Below are positions 10,270 to 20,816 of a stretch of DNA of 64,000 nt, piece by piece. A model generated the notes under the pieces. That model saw nothing but the letters and a program-made list of their open reading frames with translations. It did no database searches and had not been told where the DNA came from. Location of the stretch: assembly GCA_050115495.1 (NCBI GenBank), contig JASFQK010000005.1, forward strand, positions 122,531 to 186,530, read 5' to 3'. Origin of the DNA: Phycisphaerae bacterium (GTDB lineage: Bacteria > Planctomycetota > Phycisphaerae > UBA1845 > Fen-1342). Position numbers and translations under genes: made by a program. Each line of letters starts with the position of its first letter. The first letter of the stretch is position 1.

Positions 10270-11061
10270 TTATGCCCCGCTGCACTGCAACACAACCAGA
10301 AACCGCCCGACGGCCTCCGCCGCCGGCGTCTCGAACAGGTACGGGTCCCGCAGCAGGTACAACCCCCGCGGCGACAGCTCGCCGCCCGCTGCCGCCAGCG
10401 CCAGCAACTCCTCCGCATCATACGTCCGCAGCGTGAACGCCTCCCGCCACGTCCCCGCCGGCTCCCCCTGCTGCACCTCGAATACCCACTCGATCCGGCT
10501 GCACCGTTCCGCCGGCGTCGGCCCGGCCAGCACCGTCCACGTCACGCGCACCGACGTCTCGTCGCGCGACAGCGTCCAGGACACCGGCCGGCCGACCTTC
10601 TCCGCCTCGGCGTCGAAGCCGACTTCGAGGTCGGCGACGAACAGCCCGCCGGGCGTGAGATGCTCGGCGATGCCCCGCCACAGCCCTTCGATCGCCGTCG
10701 GCGCGGTCACGCAGCGCAGCGTGTTCGCCGAGGTGTAAACGAGGTCGAACCGCCGCCCGAGTGCTAGCGCGCTCATGTTTCCGACAGCGAGTGTCGCTGA
10801 CGTTCGTTGTCGGGCATATGCAACCATCTCCGCGCTCAGGTCGATGCCCGCCAAATCCGACATGTGGGCTTCCAAACCACGCAGCAGCCGACCGGTCCCG
10901 CAGCCCAGTTCCAACGCACTCGCCGGCGACCGCCCGCACGTCCGGCAGGCGAACAGCAATCGCTGCACCTCGGGCGTTGTGTCCCACCCGAACGCGATGT
11001 CGTACACCAGCGGCGGAATGCCCGCGGGCGACGACGGTCCCGAGCCAGCTTCCGCGTTCAT
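10270..11061 (-). CDS. Class I SAM-dependent methyltransferase
   Basis: LELGCGTGR, GIDLSAEMV, HLTPGGLF. Likely start ATG 11061 overlaps the upstream stop (ATGA); the longer ORF call is an overextension. Confidence 0.88.
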   Translation of the reverse strand: MNAEAGSGPSSPAGIPPLVYDIAFGWDTTPEVQRLLFACRTCGRSPASALELGCGTGRLLRGLEAHMSDLAGIDLSAEMVAYARQRTSATLAVGNMSALALGRRFDLVYTSANTLRCVTAPTAIEGLWRGIAEHLTPGGLFVADLEVGFDAEAEKVGRPVSWTLSRDETSVRVTWTVLAGPTPAERCSRIEWVFEVQQGEPAGTWREAFTLRTYDAEELLALAAAGGELSPRGLYLLRDPYLFETPAAEAVGRFLVVLQCSGA

Positions 11062-12488
11062 GACGCCTCCAGCGCGGCCAGCGGTGCGGGCCGACCAATC
11101 CGCCACGCCCACGCCGTCGCCGCCATTAACACGCCAATCGCCGCCAGATGAATGCCATACCAGCGCACCAGGTGCCAGCCGAGGCAGATGTCGCCGATAA
11201 CCCAGGCGACGACGGCCGCCACCGCCAGCCGCATGCCCCACGTCCAGCACTGCGGCTCGCGCCCGCGCGCTCGCACCAGCGCCGCCCACACCACCACGAC
11301 GCCCGGCAGCGCCCACGCCAGGTAATAGTGCCGCGCCATCGGCGACGGCCAGAACGTCGCCAACAGCCACATCGCCGCCACCGGCGCCCAGTTCTCGGCC
11401 CGCCCCCGCGTTAGCCCCGTCGCCACGGCCAGCGTGACCAGTCCGCACAGCAGTATGCCAAGCCAAATCCCGTACACCACCTCCGCCGGCAGATCCGCCA
11501 CGTGGAATCGCGGTACCCAGCGGATGTCGTACAGCAGCCGCGCCCAGCCCCCTTCCCGTGGCGGCATCGGATCCACGGTCAGCACCTGCCGCGGCGTCAG
11601 CTCGGCCCGGGCCAGGGCGATCTCCTCCGCCGGCACGTCACCGTAGAGAATGACCTGCTCGTCCGCGTCGGGCACGCTGCGCAGCCACCGCGTCAGCACC
11701 GCCGACAGCGACGAGTTGTGCCCATGTCGATGCGCCCGCAGCAGCGGCTGCTCGATCAGGTGGCGGTTGCTGTGCCACTCGGATCGGCGGAGCCACGCCC
11801 GATGCTCGTCGATCGCCCCGCCCACGCCGAACATCGCTACGCTCGGCGCCGCATCGAACAGCACGAACGCGAGCACCATCCCCGCCAGCGCCCGCCACCG
11901 CCGGCGCAGCAGCAGATATCCGGCCAGCAATGCCGGCATCGTCTTGATGAGTGCCGCCAATCCGAGCAACAGGCCGCCAGTCAGCCCGCGACGCCGCTCA
12001 ACCAGCGCCAGTCCCACCACGCACAGCACCAGTGTCCACAGCGTGAGCTGGTTCGCCTGGATCGCGTGGGCGATGTTCGGGCTCGCCACCAGCACCGGCC
12101 AGACGATCGCCCCCGCCGGCAGCTCCGGGACCCACCACCGCCGCAGCATGTAGATCGCCCCCAGCGCCGCCAGCACATTGCTCAAAACGTACAGACTCGC
12201 CCCCACCGGCAACGGCAGCCACGTCATAAACGGCAGCAGACAAAACGTCGTCGTCGGCAGGTAACCGAACATCGCCGTCCCGGGCGCCGTGCCGCCGTGC
12301 TCCCAGGTATAGCGTACCTCGTCGCGCAGCGGCTGCCAGTCGGGCCGGTTGTTCAGTGCCCGGTACATGCCGGTCAGCACGCCGATCACGAGTGCCAGGG
12401 CCACGACCGCGCCGGCCACGCGTCGGGCGGCGCGACCCCGTCGCAGCGTGACGCCGGTCAGATCCGGGCTGTCGGACATGGAGGCCAT
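11058..12488 (-). CDS. GT87/DUF2029-like polytopic glycosyltransferase (GT-C fold)
   Basis: FGYLP, ANQLT, LAALIKTMP, NSSL and HYY motifs; many TM helices. Confidence 0.75.
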   Translation of the reverse strand: MASMSDSPDLTGVTLRRGRAARRVAGAVVALALVIGVLTGMYRALNNRPDWQPLRDEVRYTWEHGGTAPGTAMFGYLPTTTFCLLPFMTWLPLPVGASLYVLSNVLAALGAIYMLRRWWVPELPAGAIVWPVLVASPNIAHAIQANQLTLWTLVLCVVGLALVERRRGLTGGLLLGLAALIKTMPALLAGYLLLRRRWRALAGMVLAFVLFDAAPSVAMFGVGGAIDEHRAWLRRSEWHSNRHLIEQPLLRAHRHGHNSSLSAVLTRWLRSVPDADEQVILYGDVPAEEIALARAELTPRQVLTVDPMPPREGGWARLLYDIRWVPRFHVADLPAEVVYGIWLGILLCGLVTLAVATGLTRGRAENWAPVAAMWLLATFWPSPMARHYYLAWALPGVVVVWAALVRARGREPQCWTWGMRLAVAAVVAWVIGDICLGWHLVRWYGIHLAAIGVLMAATAWAWRIGRPAPLAALEAS

Positions 12489-12688
12489 TGACGTGACGCA
12501 CTCCCCGGCCCGCAGGCCGCGACGGGGATTGTAGGAAACCGTAGGCGGCGATGGTACCCGTTCGCACACTGCGGGCTTACGATTAGCGGATTAGGCTCTG
12601 CCCGCCGCCCTGCCCGGCTTGCCGCCGGGAGCATGGGCCGTGGCGAGCAAGACTCGACAGGCCCAACCTGCTGACAAGGAGATGACGG

Positions 12689-14617
12689 ATGAACCGGATG
12701 GTGCGTATGACGTGGGCGTTGCTGCTGATCGGGGCCCTGAGCATCTGGCTGGCGGGCTGTGCCGGCCCGGGCGGGAAGACCGCCGCCCCCGCCGATCAGC
12801 CCGAGAAAATCAAGATCACCAAGCTCGACGACCTGCCGCAGCACACCTATCCCTTCACCGGCAACGTCCTGGAGCTGATCCGTGACGACGCCAGGGTGCA
12901 CGAGCTCGTCACCAAGGTGCGGGCCGACGTCGAAGGCGACCTCGCCAAGTACGAGATCGACGACGCCAGTACGTTGCAGGGCATGCACGCCACGCTGGTC
13001 ACCTGCGACCTGATCGAGGGCCGCTACGACGACGCCCTGGCGCGCTCCGAGAAGATCCGCGAATTGGAAAGCAAGGAGGCCAAGAAGCTCACCGGCGGCC
13101 TGACGCTCGAGGCGACGGCTTTCGCCAAGCGTGAGGCCGGCGCCGACATCACCACGCCCGCCTTCCGTAAGGCTTTCCGGCAGTGCCTGGACGAGAAACT
13201 CGCCAAGCTCCCCTGGGACATCGTCCAGGACGACATCCAGCAATCCAAGGGCCGCCTGGAGTTCATGAGTGAAACCCTGATCGCCGGCATCGTCCAGGGC
13301 CGGATGCAGGTGACTGTGGACGCCACCGGCGAGCTCAGCGATGACCTGGCCGCGAGCGTGCTCGGCATCCACTACATGCTCAAGGAGCGCTTGCCGCTGA
13401 AGGACGTCCTCATCGCCGCCTACCAGCAGGTCATCGACGCCCACCAGGAAGCGAAACAGGATATCTGGGCCGATCGCGCCGTCACCCTCAGTCCAAGCGA
13501 TACCACGATTCCCATCCTCATGGCCGCCTGGGATTCCGGCACCGACCCCGAGGTCTTCGCCGACCAGATCTGGACCAACCCCGACGAAGTTCCCGACGGC
13601 GCCGACAACGACGAGAACGGCTACGTCGATGACATCCACGGCATCGCCTTCGACATCAACGCCAACCGCACGACCGGCATGCTCTATCCGCTCGGCGAGG
13701 TCGCTCCGCGCATGCCCAGCATCATGAAGTACATGAAGGGTCTGAGCGACCTGCAGGCCGCCGTCGACAGCCCCGAGGCCAGCGCCCTGAAGAAGCACAT
13801 GTCCGAGCTCAGCCCCGAGGACGTTAACGGCTTCATCGAGGATCTCGGCCTCGCCGGCAACTACTGCCACGGCACGCACGTCGCCGGCCTCATGCTCGAC
13901 GGCAACCCCTGCGCCCGCCTGCTCATCGGCCGGCTCAGCTACGACTTCCATACCATCCCCGTCGCCCGCACGCCCGACTGGGGCCGGCGCGACGGCCAGA
14001 AGTGCCGTGACTTCGCCAGGTACTTCCAGGAGCACGGCGTGCGCGTCGTCAACATGAGCTGGGGCGAAGCACTGAACGACATCATCGGCTCGCTCGAGAA
14101 GAACGGCATCGGCGACACTGCTGAGCAGCGTCGCGAAATCGCTCGCGAGGTCTTCGGCTACCAGCGCGACGGGCTCTACAGCGCCCTCAAGAACGCCCCG
14201 GAGATTCTCTTCGTCTGCGCCGCCGGCAACGCCGACAACGACGTCGAGTTTGACGAGGACATTCCCTCCTCCTTCGACCTGCCCAACCTCCTCGTCGTCG
14301 GCGCCGTCGACCAGGCCGGCGAGCCCACCTCCTTCACCGCCTTCGGCGGCACCGTCCAGGTCTACGCCAACGGCTTCGAAGTTGAGAGCTACGTCCCCGG
14401 CGGAGAGCGCATGGAGATGTCCGGCACGTCGATGGCCTCGCCCAACGTTGCCAATCTCGCCGGCAAGCTGCTGGCCATCGACCCCTCGCTCACGCCGCCC
14501 GAGGTGATCGACTGGATCAAGCGCGGCGCCGAGCTCCGCCGCGAGGGCGACCGCGAGTACCTGCTCATTAACCCCCGCGAGAGCGTCAAGCTGCTGCGGG
14601 CCCACCTGGAGAAATAG
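12689..14617 (+). CDS. S8 (subtilisin-family) serine peptidase, lipoprotein
   Basis: Lipobox LAGC; triad AAWDSG / HGTHVAG / GTSMASP; AAGN oxyanion motif; WTNPDEVPDGADNDENGYVDDIHG loop. Confidence 0.92.
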   Translation: MNRMVRMTWALLLIGALSIWLAGCAGPGGKTAAPADQPEKIKITKLDDLPQHTYPFTGNVLELIRDDARVHELVTKVRADVEGDLAKYEIDDASTLQGMHATLVTCDLIEGRYDDALARSEKIRELESKEAKKLTGGLTLEATAFAKREAGADITTPAFRKAFRQCLDEKLAKLPWDIVQDDIQQSKGRLEFMSETLIAGIVQGRMQVTVDATGELSDDLAASVLGIHYMLKERLPLKDVLIAAYQQVIDAHQEAKQDIWADRAVTLSPSDTTIPILMAAWDSGTDPEVFADQIWTNPDEVPDGADNDENGYVDDIHGIAFDINANRTTGMLYPLGEVAPRMPSIMKYMKGLSDLQAAVDSPEASALKKHMSELSPEDVNGFIEDLGLAGNYCHGTHVAGLMLDGNPCARLLIGRLSYDFHTIPVARTPDWGRRDGQKCRDFARYFQEHGVRVVNMSWGEALNDIIGSLEKNGIGDTAEQRREIAREVFGYQRDGLYSALKNAPEILFVCAAGNADNDVEFDEDIPSSFDLPNLLVVGAVDQAGEPTSFTAFGGTVQVYANGFEVESYVPGGERMEMSGTSMASPNVANLAGKLLAIDPSLTPPEVIDWIKRGAELRREGDREYLLINPRESVKLLRAHLEK

Positions 14618-14641
14618 ACCGGCTGCGCGGCCGGCGCAAGC

Positions 14642-15439
14642 TCAACGTGTCGCCACATTCACGAGCAGTGGCGCCAGCACGTTGAGCTTGCGCTGCGTCA
14701 GCCGGGCGAACCCCGCCTCTTCCACCCACCGCCGAATCTCTGACCACGCTGCGTGGTGCACGTGCCGCTCGACCAGCGCCACCGCTACGTCGAAGACGAT
14801 CCAGCCCACGACGTTGTCCCGGAACCCGTCGATCAGAATCAGCAACCCCCCCGGCCGCAGCACACGCCAAAACTCGCGAATCACCGCCGCCTGGTGAGGA
14901 TAGTGGTGAAACGAGTGGCAGCAGCACAGCGCATCGAACGCGCCCGCCTCGAACGGCAGATGCTCGGCGTCGCCGTGTACCACCCGCAGCCGCTCCGCCG
15001 CCGGATGCGCCGCGAACTTCTCACCCGCCAACCGCACCATCTCCGGCGAGAAGTCGAGCCCGACCAATTCCCGCGCCTCATCGTCCCCCGCCAGACACGC
15101 CAGCAGGTTCCCCGTCCCACATCCCACATCCAACAGCCGATAACCGGCGTGTACGACTGAGTCCCCATCCGATGCCGCTAGTGACCCGTCCGCCGGCCCA
15201 TCCGGTGCCACTGGTGGCTTGCCCACCAGTGCTTCCGCACCGTGCCAGCGAGCCAACTCCTCCCGACAAGCCCGGATCGTCGGCAGGAACACCAGCTCAT
15301 TCAGAAACGAACGGTCATACGACGCCGCCCACTTGTCGAACTCCGCCCGCGCAGACTGCCGCATGCGGACCTGGTGTTCAGGATGTGGGGCATCGCTCCG
15401 CGTCACCCGCTCGCCTCCATTCGTGGCACCCGTTCCCAA
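14642..15439 (-). CDS. Class I SAM-dependent methyltransferase (UbiE-like) with a low-complexity insertion; start uncertain
   Basis: LLDVGCGTG, GLDFSPEM, GDAEHLPF, SFHHYP, RVLRPGG. Confidence 0.88.
   Translation of the reverse strand: MGTGATNGGERVTRSDAPHPEHQVRMRQSARAEFDKWAASYDRSFLNELVFLPTIRACREELARWHGAEALVGKPPVAPDGPADGSLAASDGDSVVHAGYRLLDVGCGTGNLLACLAGDDEARELVGLDFSPEMVRLAGEKFAAHPAAERLRVVHGDAEHLPFEAGAFDALCCCHSFHHYPHQAAVIREFWRVLRPGGLLILIDGFRDNVVGWIVFDVAVALVERHVHHAAWSEIRRWVEEAGFARLTQRKLNVLAPLLVNVATR
15204..15232. repeat. Palindromic element inside the methyltransferase coding region
   Basis: GGTGC-CACTGGTGG-cttgc-CCACCAGTG-C; perfect 9-bp arms at 15209-15217 and 15223-15231. Confidence 0.6.
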
Positions 15440-15585
15440 CGGTCGCCGGCCCCACAGTTATAGAGGCTCGCACACAACCCGGCCACCGCCTGGACCCTAC
15501 CGGCTTGCCAGTCTCGCCCACCTACCGCACACTGGCGCCCGCGCTGCCACACCCGTCTCGTCCCGGCGGCGCGGAGGACCGCTCT

Positions 15586-17415
15586 TTGCTGCCACAGGCG
15601 CTGCACGGCTGGATCACGGTCGCGGTCATTCTCGCGGCGTTCGTCGCGATGGCCCGCAGCCTGTCCACGCCCGACGTCATCCTGCTCGCCGGCGCCGTGC
15701 TGGTGACCGTCCTCGGCGTTATCACGCCCGACGACATGATCCGCGGCTTCGCCAACCCCGGCATGCTGACCATCGCCGCCCTGTTCGTCGTCGCCGCCGG
15801 CCTGCGCGAAACCGGTGCCCTCGACCGGCTGGGCCGCTCACTTCTGGGTGGCGTGCAGACGGCGCGTGGGGCCTTCGCCCGCCTCGCCCCGCAGGTGACC
15901 GCCCTCTCCGGTTTCCTCAACAACACGGCGGTCGTGGCCATGCTCCTGCCGGTCGTCACCGACTGGTGCCGCCGACACCGCGTCTCGCCCTCCCGGCTGC
16001 TGCTGCCGCTCTCGTACGTCACCGTGCTCGGCGGAACGTGCACGCTAATCGGCACCAGTACCAACCTGATCGTCAGCGGCCTGCTCGCCCAGACCTCGGC
16101 CGAAGCGACCGATCCAGCAAAGGCCCATGCTCTCCGCGAACTCTGGTTCTTCGAGCCGGCGCCGATCGGCCTGGCCGCCGTCGTAGTCGGTGCGTGCTAC
16201 CTGGCCTTCGTCGGCCGCCGACTGCTGCCCAATCGGCGGGTGCTCCGCGAGAGCATGGGCGACGCCGCCCGCGAATATCTGGTCAACATGCGCATCGGCC
16301 CGACGTGCCCGCTCGTCGGCCGATCCATCCAGGACGCCGGCCTCCGCCGACTGCCCAAGTTGTTTCTCATCGAGGTTGTCCGCGACCAGCGCATCATCGC
16401 CCCGGTCGAGCCCGACGAAGTCCTCCAGGCCGGCGACCGCCTGACCTTCACCGGCGTCGTTGACACGATCGTCGATCTCGAGCGCATCCCCGGCCTCGTC
16501 GCCGAGGAGCACGAGGAAGCCGCCGCCGGCCGTCCCGCTCCCGCCGAAGGCCGCTACTGCGAGGCCGTCGTGTCGCGCACGTCGCCGCTTGTCGGCCGCA
16601 ATATCCGCGAGTCCAACTTCCGCGCCCTCTACAACGCCGCCGTCGTCGCCGTCCATCGTGGCGGCGAGCGTCTGAGCGGCCGCGTCGGCGACATCGTCGT
16701 CCGCCCCGGCGATACGCTGCTGCTCCAGACCGGCCCGCACTTCGTCCAGGCCCACTGCAACAACGCCGACTTCTACCTTGTCAGCAGTATGGAAGACGCC
16801 CGCCCCGTCCGGCATCAGAAGGCATGGGTAGCCCTGGGCCTGCTCGGCCTGCTGCTCGTGCTGCTGCTCACCGGGGCGGTGCCCACCGTCGTGGCCGCCT
16901 TCCTCGTCGCCGCGTTGATGCTGGCGACCGGCTGCCTCTCCGCCGGCGAAGCCCGCCGACAGGTGCAGTGGGATGTGCTGCTGGCAATCGGCGCCGCGCT
17001 GGCCCTGGGCGAAGCGCTCGCCGCCTCCGGCGCCGCCCACAGCATCGCCGAAACGGTCGTCCGCTGCACCGGTCCCCTCGGCCCGCTGGCCGCCCTGGCT
17101 GCCGTCTACGGCATCACGCTGCTGTTCACCGAGATTGTCACCAACAGCGCCGCCGCCGCCCTGGTCTTCCCGCTGGCGTTGATGGTGGCGGGAGAGTTGG
17201 GCGTCAGCCCGCGGCCGTTCGCCATGGCCGTCGTCTTCGGCGCCTCATTCGGCTTCGCCACCCCCCTCGGCTACCAGACGCACATGATGGTCCTCGGCCC
17301 CGGCGGCTATCGCTTCACCGACTTCGTCCGCGTCGGCCTGCCGCTCGACCTGCTGCTGTGGATCCTCGCCGTGTTGCTGATCCCCTGCATCTGGCCGCTG
17401 GCGACGCTCGGCTGA
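15586..17415 (+). CDS. SLC13/CitMHS-family di-/tricarboxylate or sulfate permease with two TrkA-C domains
   Basis: [53 protein letters not shown] at 15586 preceded by GGAGGA. Confidence 0.9.
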   Translation: MLPQALHGWITVAVILAAFVAMARSLSTPDVILLAGAVLVTVLGVITPDDMIRGFANPGMLTIAALFVVAAGLRETGALDRLGRSLLGGVQTARGAFARLAPQVTALSGFLNNTAVVAMLLPVVTDWCRRHRVSPSRLLLPLSYVTVLGGTCTLIGTSTNLIVSGLLAQTSAEATDPAKAHALRELWFFEPAPIGLAAVVVGACYLAFVGRRLLPNRRVLRESMGDAAREYLVNMRIGPTCPLVGRSIQDAGLRRLPKLFLIEVVRDQRIIAPVEPDEVLQAGDRLTFTGVVDTIVDLERIPGLVAEEHEEAAAGRPAPAEGRYCEAVVSRTSPLVGRNIRESNFRALYNAAVVAVHRGGERLSGRVGDIVVRPGDTLLLQTGPHFVQAHCNNADFYLVSSMEDARPVRHQKAWVALGLLGLLLVLLLTGAVPTVVAAFLVAALMLATGCLSAGEARRQVQWDVLLAIGAALALGEALAASGAAHSIAETVVRCTGPLGPLAALAAVYGITLLFTEIVTNSAAAALVFPLALMVAGELGVSPRPFAMAVVFGASFGFATPLGYQTHMMVLGPGGYRFTDFVRVGLPLDLLLWILAVLLIPCIWPLATLG

Positions 17416-17436
17416 GCCGCCGACAGTCGCCACACG

Positions 17437-18438
17437 TCAGCTCGCGTCGCCGTCCAGGATCTTCCCCAGCCCGCCGAGAATGCTGCCCTCCCCTTTCTTC
17501 TTGCCCGCGATGCCGCCCGTGGCGTGGATCCGGTCGGTCAATCGAGCGAACGGCAGCGATTGGAGCCAGAGGTTGCCCGGCCCGGTCAGCGTGGCGAAGA
17601 ACAACCCCTCACCGCCGAACAACGTGTTCTTGATGCCCCCGACGAACTTGATGTCGTACTCGATCGACGGCTGGAAGGCCACGATGCAGCCCGTGTCCAC
17701 CCGCAACGTCTCCCCCGCCGAGAGCTGCCGATGATGCAGCGTCCCGCCGGCGTGCACGAACGCCACGCCGTCGCCCGCCAGCTTCTGCAGGATGAACCCC
17801 TCGCCGCCGAACAGACCCGCTCCGATCCGCTTCGTGAACGCGATGCCCACGGTCACGCCACGAGCCGCACACAGGAACGAGTCCTTCTGGCACAACAGCT
17901 CCCCACCGAGCTGTGCCAGGTCCATCGGCACGATCTTCCCCGGATACGGCGCCGCGAAGGCCACCTGCTGCTTGCCCGGCCCCTGCCCGATGAACGTCGT
18001 CATGAACAACGACTCGCCGGTCAGCACGCGTTTCCCCGCACTCCACACCTTGCCCAGCAGCCCCTGGTTCTCCTGGCTCGGATCCCCGAACCGCGTCTCC
18101 ATCCGAATGCCTGGCGTCATGTACATCATGCTGCCGGCCTCGGCGACGACCATCTCGTCCGGGTCCAGCTCGACCTCGACGAACTGCATGTCGTCACCGC
18201 TGATCACGTAGTCGATCTCATCCGCTCGGCGTGTTGGTGGCGGCGGCGCCAAACCCTGCTCAGCCGTCCCCCTCAGCACGGTCACGTGCCGAGCCGCCGT
18301 CCAGGTGCTCAGCCCCGGCCCGAATACCAGAGTCTCATCCCCCTGCAACGAATCCAGCTTGGCGATCAGCTCCGCCTTCGTCAGCGGCCCCACCGACTCC
18401 CCGTTCTGCGCGTAGTACCACTCTGCTGCGGCCATCAC
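17437..18438 (-). CDS. TIGR00266/AIM24 family protein with N-terminal GYF_2-like domain
   Basis: N-terminal [13 protein letters not shown]...[13 protein letters not shown]24 motifs [27 protein letters not shown]. Confidence 0.88.
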   Translation of the reverse strand: MMAAAEWYYAQNGESVGPLTKAELIAKLDSLQGDETLVFGPGLSTWTAARHVTVLRGTAEQGLAPPPPTRRADEIDYVISGDDMQFVEVELDPDEMVVAEAGSMMYMTPGIRMETRFGDPSQENQGLLGKVWSAGKRVLTGESLFMTTFIGQGPGKQQVAFAAPYPGKIVPMDLAQLGGELLCQKDSFLCAARGVTVGIAFTKRIGAGLFGGEGFILQKLAGDGVAFVHAGGTLHHRQLSAGETLRVDTGCIVAFQPSIEYDIKFVGGIKNTLFGGEGLFFATLTGPGNLWLQSLPFARLTDRIHATGGIAGKKKGEGSILGGLGKILDGDAS

Positions 18439-18543
18439 ACACCCTTATGATCGATCTGTCACAACCCGCCAACAGCCGCCCCGCTCGCCGCCACCATCGC
18501 GGCCGGCGTGGCCCGCGGACCCTCGCCCCCGTCCCTTCCCCAC

Positions 18544-19068
18544 CTATTCAGAACCGTCCGCCGACCCCGGCTCCAGCGGCTCATCCATCGTCCCCGACTC
18601 CTCCGTCTCCGGCATCTCGGCCGGCTGCTCCTCCTCGGCGGCCGGCGGGGGCTCGATCTCCGTCGTCGACTCGGCCGGCGGCGGCGGCGGCACGTACAGC
18701 CGCTCGCTCTCCTCACCCAACTGCCACGTAACCTGCCGGCGGATGACCTTGTTGTTCTTCCCGATCTCCGTCACGCGGAACATCAGGTATTCCGGCACGC
18801 TGATCGTGTTGTCGTCGCCGATGAACTCGACCTTCGGCAGCGTGACGTCGTCCTCGATCATCACGGTGTTCTGGTGTCCGAAGAACGAGACCTTCGTCAG
18901 CCGAGAACCGCGCTGCACGGTCCATTGGTTCCCGGAGCCCCAGATCCCGACATCCCCGAAGTACACGCCCGTCCGCGTGGACTGGTCCCCCGCCAGTGAG
19001 TTGTGCGCACAGCCGCAGACCCCGAGCAGGACCCCCAACGCCATGACGACCAGGACGATTCTGTTCAT
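18544..19068 (-). CDS. Hypothetical lipoprotein with beta-solenoid (DUF3060-like) repeats and an acidic Pro-rich tail
   Basis: ATG 19068 after GAGG; signal ending VCGC; repeats IWGSGN / FFGHQN / FIGDDN / EIGKNN. Confidence 0.7.
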   Translation of the reverse strand: MNRIVLVVMALGVLLGVCGCAHNSLAGDQSTRTGVYFGDVGIWGSGNQWTVQRGSRLTKVSFFGHQNTVMIEDDVTLPKVEFIGDDNTISVPEYLMFRVTEIGKNNKVIRRQVTWQLGEESERLYVPPPPPAESTTEIEPPPAAEEEQPAEMPETEESGTMDEPLEPGSADGSE

Positions 19069-19199
19069 CGCATCAACCTCGCTATGAAGCCCGTTCGGTC
19101 GAGAGGCCTCGACGCGAATGTAAACCATGTGCGGGCCAGTGTACTACGCGCCTGCACGTTGCACCACCGCCGCCCACGCCGGAATTGTCGGCCTTGGCC

Positions 19200-20000
19200 C
19201 TACTTCGCCGACGACCCGCTCACCACCACGTCCTCCGACCGGGCCAGCCGCTTCAGCGTCCGCCGGCGCAGGTACGTCAGCGGCCGCGAGATCCAACGGT
19301 GCAGCCGAATCCAGACGCTCAGCCGCTCCAGCCGCGCCCGCTCCTCGGCAGTCAGCAGGTCCGGCCGTAGCCGCCGCTTGTGTTTCAGACAGTGGTAGAT
19401 GTCCGCCTGTTGGAACCGGCTCAGCAGCCAGCGCACCGGTCGCAGTCGCCGCCAGCCCGTCGGCGGCAGGTGCAGGGAGATCTGGAAGTCGATCAGGTAG
19501 GGCCGTCCGTCCTCCCCCACCAGGATGTTCTGCCGCTTGTTGAGGTCGACGTAGGCGATATGTCGGGTGTGCAGCGTCCGCACGAGCGTGAGCAGTTCGT
19601 CGAAAAAGGTGTCCGAGACCGCCTCGCGTCGACCCAGCGGGTGCCCTGGAACGAAGGCGTGAAGGAGCCCTGTTCGGCCGACACCCCCGATCAACCTCGG
19701 CACGAGCTCCAGGTCCTGGACCAGGCCGTACAACGTCAACTCATGTCGGGTGATTGCCCGACCTAGCCACACCATGGGCAATGACAGGAAGTCCGTTGTC
19801 CGTCCGAGTTTGAGCACCGCCAGCCCGTCCGGCCCCCGGTAGAGGCCTGTAGCCGCGAAGAAATCGTGTTTGAACGTCTGGACGTGCTCGAACCGCTGCC
19901 CCTGGCACTCGACCGCCGCCGGCAAGGCCCCGCCGGGCAGAGCGTAGAGCCACGCGTGCCGGGGCCGCCGACCATGTGGACCGTTTTGGGCGTCGCGCAT
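19200..20000 (-). CDS. Protein-kinase-like fold protein (RIO/LPS kinase-like)
   Basis: AVLK, LHTRHIAYVDLNKRQNILV, YLIDFQ catalytic-loop motifs. Confidence 0.75.
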   Translation of the reverse strand: MRDAQNGPHGRRPRHAWLYALPGGALPAAVECQGQRFEHVQTFKHDFFAATGLYRGPDGLAVLKLGRTTDFLSLPMVWLGRAITRHELTLYGLVQDLELVPRLIGGVGRTGLLHAFVPGHPLGRREAVSDTFFDELLTLVRTLHTRHIAYVDLNKRQNILVGEDGRPYLIDFQISLHLPPTGWRRLRPVRWLLSRFQQADIYHCLKHKRRLRPDLLTAEERARLERLSVWIRLHRWISRPLTYLRRRTLKRLARSEDVVVSGSSAK

Positions 20001-20170
20001 GGGCGGAATTATACCCTTAACGAAATCCGTTGCCCGGATTTGCCTATGGCCTGGTACCCACATACGATCGGGACGGTGTTAAATCTCGGGTTTTGGGAGT
20101 GCTGCGCCCCGGTCGGGGCCGCCGGTGTGCGGCGTCGATCGACCGGGACCAGTAAAAAGGGCCGAAAGTT

Positions 20171-20620
20171 ATGTTCCGCACAAAAGCATCCACTTATGCC
20201 ATTCTGGCCGTTGCCGAAATCGCCAAGCGGCAGGTTGACGGTGCCGGCGGCGTCCAGGCCGGGGAAATCGCCCGCTGCCTCGAATTGCCCGCCGCCTACG
20301 CCGCCAAGGTGCTCACTCAGTTGGCGAGGGCGGGCATCCTGCGCTCAGACCGTGGGCCCCGTGGCGGTTTCCGCCTGCTGCGCCCCGTGGAGTCCATCGT
20401 CCTCCTCGACATCATCGAGGCGGTGGACGGCACGATCGTCGCCGAGACGGGCTTGGGCGCCAGCCAGGGCGAGGGCAACGTCGCCCATGGGACACTTCGC
20501 GGTCTGGACGACATCTACGACCGCATCGTCGAGCAGGTGCGTGCCTCGCTACGGCGAACCAACATCGCCAGCCTCGTCGAGCAGCCGGAAACGGTCTCCA
20601 CCTTCGTTCCCGTGCCGTGA
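20171..20620 (+). CDS. Rrf2 family transcriptional regulator lacking Fe-S ligand cysteines
   Basis: YAILAV, KVLTQLARAGILRSDRGPRGGFRL, LLDIIEAVDG; the only Cys is in the HTH region. Confidence 0.92.
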   Translation: MFRTKASTYAILAVAEIAKRQVDGAGGVQAGEIARCLELPAAYAAKVLTQLARAGILRSDRGPRGGFRLLRPVESIVLLDIIEAVDGTIVAETGLGASQGEGNVAHGTLRGLDDIYDRIVEQVRASLRRTNIASLVEQPETVSTFVPVP

Positions 20621-20681
20621 TCGTCGACGGGCCCAGCGCCGACGGGCTGAGCGCCGCAAGGACAGTACGCGCTCGGTGTAT

Positions 20682-20736
20682 AAAAAAAAGGCGTGCGGCA
20701 CCCCGGTGGGTATTGGCGCGGTCTGAGGGTGCCGCA
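20682..20736 (-). terminator. Intrinsic terminator on the minus strand
   Basis: TGCGGCACCC (20694-20703) / GGGTGCCGCA (20727-20736) inverted repeat next to A8 at 20682-20689 (U8 on the minus transcript). Confidence 0.65.
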
Positions 20737-20810
20737 GCGAGTGGAAGCAACTTGTTGTGCGGAAAGAACTTAGGTTCGACAGGCATGTCCGTCGATACTT
20801 CAGCTCTTAC
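20682..20810 (-). ncRNA. Candidate small RNA of about 130 nt
   Basis: Intergenic unit bounded by a sigma70-like promoter (20817-20844) and a 10-bp hairpin plus T8 tract (20682-20736); internal hairpin TCGACGG/CTGTCGA. Confidence 0.5.
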
Positions 20811-20816
20811 GCATTA

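Noticed and set aside
20412..20786. 124-aa minus-strand ORF starting inside the candidate sRNA
   Set aside because: Weak RBS, runs through the terminator and antisense into Rrf2, low-complexity product.
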